Part shown: positions 39,884 to 49,153 of the stretch, piece after piece | Layout: each line of letters opens with the position of its first letter | How positions within the stretch are numbered: the first letter of the stretch is position 1 | From: an uncultured Desulfobacter sp. | Lineage (GTDB): Bacteria; Desulfobacterota; Desulfobacteria; Desulfobacterales; Desulfobacteraceae | Reading direction: 5' to 3' | NCBI GenBank assembly: GCA_963665095.1 | Contig: OY762069.1 | Span: forward strand, 2,944,001-3,008,000 | Length of the DNA stretch: 64,000 bases | Notes under the pieces: model-generated | What the model saw: the letters and a program-made list of their open reading frames with translations, nothing else | What the model was told of the DNA's origin: nothing | Database searches by the model: none | Translations under genes and position numbers: made by a program

Positions 39884-40414
39884 TTAAACACGAGGCTGAT
39901 TTAACCATTGCGTGTTATCTGGTCGGGCCCGTTTTGCTCTTACCACCGCTTTCTTCTCATGGCCCACTACCACGAGAGGAACCCCGAGCGTTTTTTTAAG
40001 CAGCCGGATCCGGCCGGATGTGCGTTCGCTGCCTCTGGAGGGATCAAACACGGTGAGAATAATATCATGGTGGGCATCTATATATCCGGAAAGTACATTT
40101 TCAGGCTTGTCCGCACTCAAGGCCACTGAAAACGGCACGCCGCAGAAAGAGGGGTTTAACATTTTCTTCAGGGATTCGGGCACCCCGGCAAGATGCTCAT
40201 CTGTCCGCCACAGCATTCTGGATGCAGGAAAGGTACTTTGCCCATCTGCTCTGTCCAAGCCCAAAGCAGTCTGTTCAGCCGGGGCAATCTGGCGTTGTTT
40301 TAAAAACTGCAGGATGCATAAGCCTGCGGCAACCCGCTTACACAGGCCGGCGGCATATTGAAAAACTGGCCTGGAAGGCACGTCACCATCAATGACAAGC
40401 AATATCTGCTTCAT
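39884..40414 (-). CDS. Hypothetical protein with USP-like N-terminus
   Basis: ILLVIDG...FQYAAGLCKR and terminal LGVPLVVV resemble a USP fold. Confidence 0.6.
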   Translation of the reverse strand: MKQILLVIDGDVPSRPVFQYAAGLCKRVAAGLCILQFLKQRQIAPAEQTALGLDRADGQSTFPASRMLWRTDEHLAGVPESLKKMLNPSFCGVPFSVALSADKPENVLSGYIDAHHDIILTVFDPSRGSERTSGRIRLLKKTLGVPLVVVGHEKKAVVRAKRARPDNTQWLNQPRV

Positions 40415-40545
40415 TCTATTCTATCCTAAATTTTTAAATGTTTCATTTAAGGTTTGGATAATAATCATCCAGACCACAGCAGGCAGACATACCTGGCAGT
40501 TATTCAGCACAGTGAGATGTGGCAGACAGCTACAGAGTCTGAAAG

Positions 40546-40562
40546 AGCATTTTGCATGCCAG
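40546..40562 (-). promoter_or_regulatory. Candidate sigma54 promoter
   Basis: Minus strand CTGGCATGCAAAATGCT (GG-N10-GC) upstream of the USP-like gene. Confidence 0.55.
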
Positions 40563-40957
40563 AGGAAGCTGACATTATGAGATCAAGCCAAAACCCCTGC
40601 TGTAAAAGGAACTAAAAGAGGTCTGTGAGAAAGATTTCGGTCCCTTTCTAACACATAGGAATTGTTTCATTATGAAATACAGGGCACGCCTCTTCCAAAA
40701 TACTACTTTAAATTAAATATGTTATAGATTTATTGCAGAGTGCATCCGGATGTTATGATCTGCAACAGCACCTGCAACCGGAATTTTTAGGAAAGGACTT
40801 GCCGGAAATCCCTGCAGCGGATATAACCGTTGAACCTGAATCAGGCATATGCAATCCAGCGGTTCGCGATTACTTCGCCAGTGCATGGATTCATTTTTTT
40901 GTAATGCGCAGATGCGACAGCCAGGACCAACATATTTCAAACAAAGGGGGATCACAT

Positions 40958-41845
40958 ATGAAAAAGCTTTACAAAGATCTTTTTATGGCCACCCGGCCCT
41001 GGTCATTTACCATGAGTACCATATCTGTTTTTGCCGGCAGTTTCTGGGCCATTGGCAAAGGATTTTCTCCAGGACTATGCCTGGCATCCCTGACAGCCAT
41101 GATCTGCATCCACGCGGCCTCCAATCTGATGAACGATTATTTTGACGTTAAAAACCAGGTGGATGTGCCCAATGCACCTACCACCCAGTATCGGCCCCAC
41201 CCTCTGGCTTTTGATGACATCGGCCTTGGCCATGTGCTGGCAACCGCCATTGGGCTGTACATTATCGGCACAGGCATTGGCATCTGGCTTACGGCAGCCC
41301 GGGGGCTTACCGTTCTGGCCATCGGCCTTGCCGGGATTATCCTGGGGCTGATTTACACAGCACCGCCCCTCAGCCTGAAATACCATACCCTTGGTGAACC
41401 CCTGGTGTTTATTATATGGGGGCCATTGGCCATGCAGGGGGCCTTTTTTGTACAGATGCAGCAGCTGTCCTGGTCCCTGGCCCTGGTATCCATTCCTTTG
41501 GGGCTTCTGGTCAGCCTGGTACTTCTGGCCAACAACCTGCGGGACACGGATTATGACAAAAAACAGAACATCACCACCATCTCCGTGCGCCTGGGTTATG
41601 ATAAAGGGAAACATCTGTTTCTCGGTCTGGTGGCGGGATCTTTCCTTGCCATTATAGCCATGTCGGTTTTGGGCCCCCTGTCATACTGGTCGCTTTTGGT
41701 GCTGCTCTCGCTTCCTTTGGCCTGGCCTGTGTTCAATATGTTCAAAGGCACAGCCCCTGCCGATGCAGACGCCCGCACCGCCAAATTTGATACGGCATTT
41801 GGCGTACTCTTTCTGATCTCAATTCTCCTGGACAAGGCCATTTAA
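40958..41845 (+). CDS. menA: UbiA-family prenyltransferase, MenA-like
   Basis: ATRPWS, NLMNDYFD, YTAPP.SLKY..LGE, ANNLRD.DYD; ATG 40958 with AGGGGG RBS. Confidence 0.82.
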   Translation: MKKLYKDLFMATRPWSFTMSTISVFAGSFWAIGKGFSPGLCLASLTAMICIHAASNLMNDYFDVKNQVDVPNAPTTQYRPHPLAFDDIGLGHVLATAIGLYIIGTGIGIWLTAARGLTVLAIGLAGIILGLIYTAPPLSLKYHTLGEPLVFIIWGPLAMQGAFFVQMQQLSWSLALVSIPLGLLVSLVLLANNLRDTDYDKKQNITTISVRLGYDKGKHLFLGLVAGSFLAIIAMSVLGPLSYWSLLVLLSLPLAWPVFNMFKGTAPADADARTAKFDTAFGVLFLISILLDKAI

Positions 41846-42459
41846 TGGAAACAAAAAAACTTGCCGTCAGCATTGGAATGGCCTTTTTGCTGTGGTTTTT
41901 CTCCTTTGCCGTGGACGTTGGGAATTTCTGGATAAAAATCAGTGCATCCGCCCTTTGCCTTGCGCTTCTGGCGGCATTTTTCGGGTTTGGCCCCCGAAAG
42001 TGGTGCAGGTTTTCCCCTGCAGATATCGTCTTGGGAGCAGGATCTGCGGCTGTTCTATACGCGATCTTTTTTCTTGGAGATTATATCAGCAAACTGTTGT
42101 TGCCCTTTGCCTCCTCCCAGGTCGGCCACATCTACGCAAAAGGAGACGGGACACCTGCCTGGGTAATCTGTTTGCTGCTTTTTTTTATTACCGGACCCTG
42201 CGAGGAAATTTTCTGGCGGGGCTTTGTTCAGGAGCAGCTCTCCCAGCGCCTGGGCGGATTGAAGGGATGGCTGATCGCCGCATTTTTTTATACAGCCGTC
42301 CATTTATGCGCCATGAACTTCATGCTCATTGGTGCGGCTGCCGTGGCAGGTCTGTTCTGGGGATTCATGTACTGGCGGCTGGGGCGGCTGGGCCCTCTGA
42401 TCATCTCCCACTGCATCTGGACCACGGTGATCTTTGCGATTTTCCCCATCCGGGGGTAA
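41845..42459 (+). CDS. CPBP (Abi / type II CAAX) intramembrane glutamic endopeptidase
   Basis: EEIFWRGF, FFYTAVH, SHCIWT; start overlaps the menA stop (TAATG). Confidence 0.88.
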   Translation: METKKLAVSIGMAFLLWFFSFAVDVGNFWIKISASALCLALLAAFFGFGPRKWCRFSPADIVLGAGSAAVLYAIFFLGDYISKLLLPFASSQVGHIYAKGDGTPAWVICLLLFFITGPCEEIFWRGFVQEQLSQRLGGLKGWLIAAFFYTAVHLCAMNFMLIGAAAVAGLFWGFMYWRLGRLGPLIISHCIWTTVIFAIFPIRG

Positions 42460-42783
42460 CCCCCCCCCCGGACAAAAGCACCTCCAAGTAACGTAACGAA
42501 ATAAAACAATTTGTCGAAAGAATCGTCAAGTCTGCCCCCTGATCTGGATATCTGCTTGCACTTTTGTATCAACAGGGGTATGTAATTGCCATACTTTTCA
42601 GTTTGATTTTTATCATGTGTTTTGATGAATTTATTATATATGAAACCGAATTGGTATATAATAAATTCAACATGTTAAATATTTTTCAGATTCCCGTTGC
42701 AGCGAATCTTGAAAGTTGAACAATTAAATCTGGTATTTGTGGCTGGTTGGACGTTCTTAATTGGTAAAGGGGAATCCTGTTTT

Positions 42784-45700
42784 ATGAAAGGCTCTTCAAT
42801 TGCTTTAACGGTATTATTTTTATTCTTTTCACTATCATCTATTGTATTTTCGGCATATGGAACTGAGGATAGCTCAGACACGACAGGCAATTGCAGCATT
42901 GCTGTTAATGCGCTTAGTATATCCGGATCAAAAATCACTGGCTCTCCGGTAACGTTTACCGTTGATGCGGAGAACAGCTGCTCCGATACAAAACAGTACC
43001 GGTTCTCCTATCATCCAGACTACGGCACAGATGGTTACACCGGGCTGAACTGGGAAAGCATGACCTCATCTGAATATCAAACCAGCAACAGCTGCACCTT
43101 TACCTTTGACACGCCGGGCAGATATATTGTCGTGGTCTGGGTAAAAAATGATACGTCAGATGCCAATGACGGTGTCGCCATTATCGGGGGCTCTGTTGAT
43201 ATCCGTTCTTCCCATAGTGATGATGATTCCTGCCATATAAATTTTGAAGGATTCAACATATCAGGAACAAGAGAAGTGGGCAGTTCCGTGACATTTACAA
43301 TGGCTGCTGAGAACCCATGTAGTACAAATACCTCTTTCAGATATTCAGTTCACCCATATTACGGGACAGACGGTTACGACAGTCTTCGCTGGGAAAGTAT
43401 GACAACCGGCGAATATACAACCGAGAGCTCCATTGATTACACATTTGAGAAATCCGGGAAATATGTGGTGGTGGTGTGGGCCAAGAATGCGACAACAGAT
43501 TCAAACACCGGCGTACCAATTATTGGGACTTCCATTGAAATTAAAGATGAAAATTCAGAATATCTTGAAAGTGTTGTTACAAAAGACAGTGGCGACAATA
43601 TTTACCAGCTGACCGGCCAGAGTGACTCCGTTGCTGATTTCAGCGTCTTTTCCGACAACACTAAAGATCCGGCTGATATTCTTACTTCCTCTGAAACTGG
43701 TATTACTGACGGTTTCACCAAACTGGATTTTTCAGATACTGCCGATCCTGGGTTAAGGACAGAAATTACCATAGTTTATGATCGAATTCCTTCTATGATC
43801 ATTGCGTATGATGAAGATGACGGGGAATATTACACCCTGCCGTTCAGTGTAACCGGCACAAATTCAGTTTCACTTCACCTGGACAGTAAGGATATCAGCA
43901 TCTTGCCTGTATATGACACCGAACAGGAAACGACCATAGAGTCTTCTGCGTATAGGCAAGCAACAAATACTACTTCATATACTAAACGATTTGAAATCGT
44001 GGTTAATGACGGAGAATCTCTCAAGATTAAGACAGAAATGAATTTGGACTTCATTGATTACTCCTGTTTGTCAATTAATGGATCTGATTGCCACCAGTAT
44101 GATGTTCTGTCTGATGGTACGATATTCAATGAAGATGTTGGACAAACCGGGGGGATTTATAATTTTAAGCTATATTATGCCGAAGGTCGTACAAACCCCC
44201 TCAGAACCTGGATTCAGGACGTTTTTGTACAAGTTTCTGCTGACTTATTTGAGATTCCCGTTGCTTCAATTGCAGGAAAATACGCGCCAATTCTAGCTTA
44301 TAATGATGATGAAGAATATTATCCTGTAAACCTTGATTACCTTTTTGGTGACAGTAGTGCTGCAATTGAGTTCGACATTCCTCCCGACAGTTCTGGTCTG
44401 GGCAGACTATCAGAAGGTATAGGTATTCCGCATTCACAGGTGGCGTCTTTTATGCCGTACAATGGCCATGGTGAGGGACTGATAAACTATGGAAATTTAT
44501 CTTCCAGTGCAAGTAAAAATTACCAAATCGGAAGAAAAGGCAGCGCAAATGATTCAACGGTATATTATTCCATGCTTAAAGGTGATGGCAATTATTATTA
44601 CCTGAACTATCATATGTTCTATACATTTGATCCCAAAACCGGCACTTCCAGTGATCCCGCCACAGGCAACCATGTTTTTGACAGGGAGAGCATGACACTG
44701 GTGTTCTTTGGAAAACCAGATATTGATTCAACACCTGAAGGGGTTTTATTCAGCGGGCATTTATCCGACCAAACTCTGTATTTTAAACAAAATGATGATG
44801 AAAATTTTTATGAATGGTCTGGCGGAAGAATTTTTATTCCATGGGCATCTGTTTACAAATATCAGGACTCCCCCATCGCTTCCATTGCAAGGGGATCACA
44901 TGCGATTTATCCCCTTCCCGGAACCTATAAATGCCTAACCCTCACTGAACCTGCAGGTGGCAGTGACAATTTTGCGTCTGATGCCGATTGGAATCGAATT
45001 CTTGTCCCTCCAACATTGGACAGCGCTCTTGATATTTACACACTGTCTGATTTAAATCTTGGGAATATTGAAAGTACAGGCGAGAACGCCTGCCTTGCAT
45101 TTTCAGGATATTGGGTTGACTGCCTTGGCAGCTGGACCAATGCCAAATTCCCACCATTTACTGAAAGGGAAACTGATCCCGATTGCTGGTACAGTCACTC
45201 GGACTACTGGGGAATTGACCGGGACACCTTACCACAATATTCTCAGGACCTGATGGATGATTTGGACCAGTATCTTGAGTCGGAGCTGGAAACTGCTATA
45301 GAAAGCGAATGCGGCGCATACATAGCCCCGGGCGTATGGAAATATTTTGACTGCTATAATTTGGCAGCCATCGGCAAGACCACTGGCGATGACCCGCTTA
45401 CCCCGTCCTGGAGTTTGATCGGCGGATACTGGCAGTGGGGTAGAAAAGGCCCTGATGAAAGTCAATGGTATGATACCAATACTGCCAACTTTGCCCATGG
45501 GCCCACCGGTCCTGATGAGGATGATCTCAACGATGAAGAAATTAACGGGTGGGACGACTCCCATGCGTCCAATGGCGCCTGGTCTGATTTTGAAAAAACG
45601 GATAATGATCCATGTCCCACAGGATACAGAGTGCCCACATTAGATGAGTGGAGGGGGGTGGTTGAAAACAACACTAAGAGTGCAGTTGGGACGTCCTGGT

Positions 45701-45957
45701 CCCCCAGTGCGACCAACTACAGCACCGGTGCTTTTTTTGGTGACAGCCTGATGCTGCCGGCTGCAGGGCATCGGAATTACAGCAGTGGTTTACTGGAGTT
45801 CTGTGGGGAATTTGGTATTTACTGGGCTACTACTGCGGGCGCTGTGGAGTCTATCGATTATGGTGGCTTCCTTTCCTTCTGGGAAAACGAAACCAACACC
45901 GGGTTTGGCACTATCGACAGCAGATACGGGGCTCCCGTACGCTGTATCGCAGAATAA
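42784..45957 (+). CDS. Large secreted modular protein: two ~100-aa repeats, Vps62-like central domain, C-terminal FISUMP-like domain
   Basis: Signal peptide from ATG 42784; KYAPILAY..EEYYP, YHMFY.FD, GNHVFDRE, FSGH, ARGSHAIYP; WQWGRK, DPCPTGYRVPT, LPAAG.R, VRC. Confidence 0.75.
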   Translation: MKGSSIALTVLFLFFSLSSIVFSAYGTEDSSDTTGNCSIAVNALSISGSKITGSPVTFTVDAENSCSDTKQYRFSYHPDYGTDGYTGLNWESMTSSEYQTSNSCTFTFDTPGRYIVVVWVKNDTSDANDGVAIIGGSVDIRSSHSDDDSCHINFEGFNISGTREVGSSVTFTMAAENPCSTNTSFRYSVHPYYGTDGYDSLRWESMTTGEYTTESSIDYTFEKSGKYVVVVWAKNATTDSNTGVPIIGTSIEIKDENSEYLESVVTKDSGDNIYQLTGQSDSVADFSVFSDNTKDPADILTSSETGITDGFTKLDFSDTADPGLRTEITIVYDRIPSMIIAYDEDDGEYYTLPFSVTGTNSVSLHLDSKDISILPVYDTEQETTIESSAYRQATNTTSYTKRFEIVVNDGESLKIKTEMNLDFIDYSCLSINGSDCHQYDVLSDGTIFNEDVGQTGGIYNFKLYYAEGRTNPLRTWIQDVFVQVSADLFEIPVASIAGKYAPILAYNDDEEYYPVNLDYLFGDSSAAIEFDIPPDSSGLGRLSEGIGIPHSQVASFMPYNGHGEGLINYGNLSSSASKNYQIGRKGSANDSTVYYSMLKGDGNYYYLNYHMFYTFDPKTGTSSDPATGNHVFDRESMTLVFFGKPDIDSTPEGVLFSGHLSDQTLYFKQNDDENFYEWSGGRIFIPWASVYKYQDSPIASIARGSHAIYPLPGTYKCLTLTEPAGGSDNFASDADWNRILVPPTLDSALDIYTLSDLNLGNIESTGENACLAFSGYWVDCLGSWTNAKFPPFTERETDPDCWYSHSDYWGIDRDTLPQYSQDLMDDLDQYLESELETAIESECGAYIAPGVWKYFDCYNLAAIGKTTGDDPLTPSWSLIGGYWQWGRKGPDESQWYDTNTANFAHGPTGPDEDDLNDEEINGWDDSHASNGAWSDFEKTDNDPCPTGYRVPTLDEWRGVVENNTKSAVGTSWSPSATNYSTGAFFGDSLMLPAAGHRNYSSGLLEFCGEFGIYWATTAGAVESIDYGGFLSFWENETNTGFGTIDSRYGAPVRCIAE

Positions 45958-46162
45958 CTTGACTATTTCAGGGCAAATTTTTGCAGGTGCAGTACTTGCC
46001 GTTGTAAGCATATTGGAACCAGACTGCAAGCAAAACACATGCAATAACTATGGGGCCAGGGACTTGACTTATCGATCCAATTTATATAAACAAGCTTAAA
46101 AAATTTGACAGCACCGGATGGTGATATCCGGTTATAAATTATACTGAGTTATGCAATAGGCA

Positions 46163-46198
46163 AACGCCACCCAGGCTCTTCTGGGTGGCGTTTTTTTA
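46163..46198 (+). terminator. Terminator/attenuator hairpin directly before pabA
   Basis: AAACGCCACCCAG-gctctt-CTGGGTGGCGTTT followed by a T run. Confidence 0.8.
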
Positions 46199-46214
46199 TG
46201 GAGGCAGAACTACC

Positions 46215-46841
46215 GTGCCGGTTTTAGTGGTGATTGACAATTACGACTCCTTTACCTTTAACCTGGTCCAGATGTTCAGGCAGTATGATCTTGACATCGA
46301 GGTTTTCCGAAGTGACCAGGTATCTGTTGACCAAATCAGACATATGGATCCGGATTATATCCTGATCAGCCCGGGCCCTAAAGATCCGGCCCATGCCGGG
46401 GTATCCATTTCAGTTATCCGGGCTTTTTACAAAAAAATTCCGATCCTCGGGGTTTGTCTTGGCATGCAGTGCATCAATGAAGCCTTTGGCGGAACCACTT
46501 TAAGGGCACCTGTGCCGGTACACGGAAAAACAAGTCCGGTCAGCCATGACGGAAGCGGCCTGTTTAAGGGCATTCCGTCGCCATTCACCGTGGCCCGCTA
46601 CCACTCCCTGGTCGTGTCCCCGGCACCCGGTCAGACCCGGTTGCAGATGACGGCCTTCTGCCACCCGAAACTTATTATGGGACTTTCTCACACCGATTAC
46701 CCCCTGTTCGGGGTCCAGTTCCACCCGGAAAGTTTTTTAACCGAGTACGGATACCATATCATTGAAAATTTCCTGCATACCGGTCCCCTTACCAGGGGAT
46801 ACCGCTTCACCGGTTTACAGACAGGAGGAAGCATAAAATGA
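46215..46841 (+). CDS. pabA: Glutamine amidotransferase subunit PabA/TrpG
   Basis: IDNYDSFT, SPGP, GVCLGMQ, RYHSL, QFHPES; GTG 46215 after GGAGG. Confidence 0.9.
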   Translation: MPVLVVIDNYDSFTFNLVQMFRQYDLDIEVFRSDQVSVDQIRHMDPDYILISPGPKDPAHAGVSISVIRAFYKKIPILGVCLGMQCINEAFGGTTLRAPVPVHGKTSPVSHDGSGLFKGIPSPFTVARYHSLVVSPAPGQTRLQMTAFCHPKLIMGLSHTDYPLFGVQFHPESFLTEYGYHIIENFLHTGPLTRGYRFTGLQTGGSIK

Positions 46842-49087
46842 GTACCCCCATGAATATTTTGACCCAGACCATTACAGCCCTTTTCCAGCAGGAAATAGAA
46901 CTTGACGAACCATTTATTAATTTTTCCATGCGTTTCAGCCATATCCCCGGGACCGTGTGCCTGATGAGTGGTACGGACCTGGACTGCGCCCGGTATCACA
47001 TGCTGGCCACCCGGCCCTTTCTAACCCTGTCCGGCAAGGGCCGGTCCATGACGATCCGGACAGAGAACCAGACTGAAACGGTGGAGGCAAACCCCTTTGA
47101 CATCCTGGGACAGGTTCTCACCCACTTCAGGAACCCGGATATTACATTTCCAGAGCCCGTGTCGGCCGGGCTGTTTGGCTATCTGGCCTATGACCTGAAA
47201 GACCAGATTGAAACCTTGCCCAAAACCACCATGGACGATCTGGATCTGCCGGATCTTTATATGTCGGCCCCATCCCTGATCGTGGTACAGGATAAACAGG
47301 AGAACAGGACCCGGGTATATATCCCGGAACAAGGGCATACAGGTCAATCCGGGGTAACGCAGGCCCTTGAATTTCTAAACCGGATACGCACGGCCCCGCT
47401 GCCATCCGATGAGGGATTCACCGGGAACAAGGATCTTCACTCCAATTTTGACAAGGCATCCTACATGGCGTGCATTGACAAAATCCGGGAGTACATCACG
47501 GCCGGGGACATCTACCAGGTGAACATGTCCCAGCGGTTTGACACCCAGTTTACCGGCAGTCCGGCCAGCCTGTTCAAAACCCTGTACCGGAAAAATCCCG
47601 CCCCGTTCTTCGCCTTTGTGAACGGATGCGACCACTGGGTGATTTCCACCTCTCCGGAACGGTTCATCAAACGCACGGGCAGTTTTGTAGAGACCCGCCC
47701 CATCAAGGGAACCTGCCCCCGGGGGGCCACCGCAGACCAGGATCAGATAAACCGCGACCAGCTGGCCAAAAGCCGCAAAGATGATGCAGAGCTGTCCATG
47801 ATTGTGGATCTGATGCGCAACGACCTTGGCAAGGTCAGTGTGGGCGGATCTGTCTTAGTTGCCGAGCATAAACGCCTTGAGGCTTATGCCAATGTGCACC
47901 ATCTGATCTCCATTGTCCGGTCCACCCTTGATCCGGCAGCAGACTCGGTGGACCTGATCCGGGCAACCTTTCCAGGGGGGTCCATCACCGGGTGCCCCAA
48001 GATCCGGGCCATGGAGATCATTGATGAGCTTGAAACCCACCGCCGCCACGTTTATACAGGCTCCATCGGGTACATCAGCTTCCACGACACCCTGGATCTC
48101 TCCATTGCCATCCGCACCGCTGTCATCAGGAACGGCCACCTGGTCTTTTCCGTGGGAGGCGGGGTGGTGTTTGATTCGGACCCGGCAGGTGAATACTCAG
48201 AGACCCTTGACAAGGGCAAAACCCTGATGGAGGCAATGACCGGCAGTCCGGCACCACAAACCCGGACGCCCATGACCTGGGTCAATGGCCGGCTGACACC
48301 AGCCAACGAGGTGAGCGTTCCCCTGTGGGACCTGGGCGTTCAGTACGGCCATGGTTTTTTTGAAACCCTGAGGGTGGACAATGACTGTATCGGTTTTCTT
48401 GCCGACCATATCAGACGACTGGAACAGGCCTGGACACGCTTCTTTCCCCAGCCCTTTCCGGATCTTTCCTGGGACAGCATTATTACCATGGTGGTTGATG
48501 CCTGTGGCCTGTCCCGCACCACTGCTGCTGTCAAGATCATGGCCACCCGGGGCAGCCGTTCAAAAGCGCCCTGGGACCACCAGGTCATTGTAACGGCAAG
48601 GCCCTACACCCACCGCCTCAAGGCCGCAGACAAAGACGGGCTGGACATTGTGACCTTTGACCAGCCGCGATTCAGCCCCATGGCAGACTATAAATCTTTA
48701 AATTATCAATTCTACTATCTGGCGGGCCAAAGAGCAAAGCAACTGGGCGCGGACGAATGCCTGATTCTCAACCCCGACGGCAGCGTATCCGAGGGAAACA
48801 CCGTCAATTTCCTGTTTGTAAATGGCAGGGAACTGGTCGTCCCGGCCTCCCCCCACCGGCTGCCCGGTATCATGGAGGCACAGATAATACGACGGTTGAC
48901 TGCCAGGGGGTATACTGTGACTGAACGCTGTGTCTTTCCGGATCAGATGGCGCAGTTTGATCAGGTCATTGCCGGGAATTCCCTGATGGGGGCCGTACCC
49001 GTTAAATCCCTTGACGGCAGAGTCCTGAATATGGACGCCTCATTCATTGCAACCATGAATGAGGCCCCTGAGCTGTCTTTCGGCTGA
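46838..49087 (+). CDS. pabB: Aminodeoxychorismate synthase component I fused to class IV aminotransferase-like ADC lyase (PabB-PabC)
   Basis: SPERF, PIKGT (PabB type, versus PIAGT in TrpE), FPGGSITGCPK; then YGHGFFET, KSLNY, EGNTVN, LPGI. Confidence 0.9.
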   Translation: MSTPMNILTQTITALFQQEIELDEPFINFSMRFSHIPGTVCLMSGTDLDCARYHMLATRPFLTLSGKGRSMTIRTENQTETVEANPFDILGQVLTHFRNPDITFPEPVSAGLFGYLAYDLKDQIETLPKTTMDDLDLPDLYMSAPSLIVVQDKQENRTRVYIPEQGHTGQSGVTQALEFLNRIRTAPLPSDEGFTGNKDLHSNFDKASYMACIDKIREYITAGDIYQVNMSQRFDTQFTGSPASLFKTLYRKNPAPFFAFVNGCDHWVISTSPERFIKRTGSFVETRPIKGTCPRGATADQDQINRDQLAKSRKDDAELSMIVDLMRNDLGKVSVGGSVLVAEHKRLEAYANVHHLISIVRSTLDPAADSVDLIRATFPGGSITGCPKIRAMEIIDELETHRRHVYTGSIGYISFHDTLDLSIAIRTAVIRNGHLVFSVGGGVVFDSDPAGEYSETLDKGKTLMEAMTGSPAPQTRTPMTWVNGRLTPANEVSVPLWDLGVQYGHGFFETLRVDNDCIGFLADHIRRLEQAWTRFFPQPFPDLSWDSIITMVVDACGLSRTTAAVKIMATRGSRSKAPWDHQVIVTARPYTHRLKAADKDGLDIVTFDQPRFSPMADYKSLNYQFYYLAGQRAKQLGADECLILNPDGSVSEGNTVNFLFVNGRELVVPASPHRLPGIMEAQIIRRLTARGYTVTERCVFPDQMAQFDQVIAGNSLMGAVPVKSLDGRVLNMDASFIATMNEAPELSFG

Positions 49088-49153
49088 CCGGTTCCTGGCT
49101 CAAATGCCATTATCCGATCTTTTCCATAATGAGTTCCTGCCGGGCCGTCAGCA

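Noticed and set aside
40733..40957. 75-aa N-terminal extension of the MenA-like ORF
   Set aside because: Starts at TTG with no RBS; ATG 40958 has a good RBS and matches the family start.
45943..45957. C-terminal CIAE as a CAAX substrate for the adjacent prenyltransferase and CPBP protease
   Set aside because: FISUMP-like domains typically end in VRCxxx, and UbiA-family enzymes are not Cys prenyltransferases; likely coincidence.
46155..46198. c-di-GMP-I, preQ1, ZTP or THF riboswitch before pabA
   Set aside because: GGCAAAC is present but the GNRA loop and other consensus elements are missing; kept only as an unnamed attenuator candidate.
46215..49087. trpG-trpE acting with the TrpD-like gene as a tryptophan pathway
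   Set aside because: PIKGT motif and the fused ADC-lyase domain indicate pab genes; the TrpD-like gene is 24 kb away under a B12 riboswitch.
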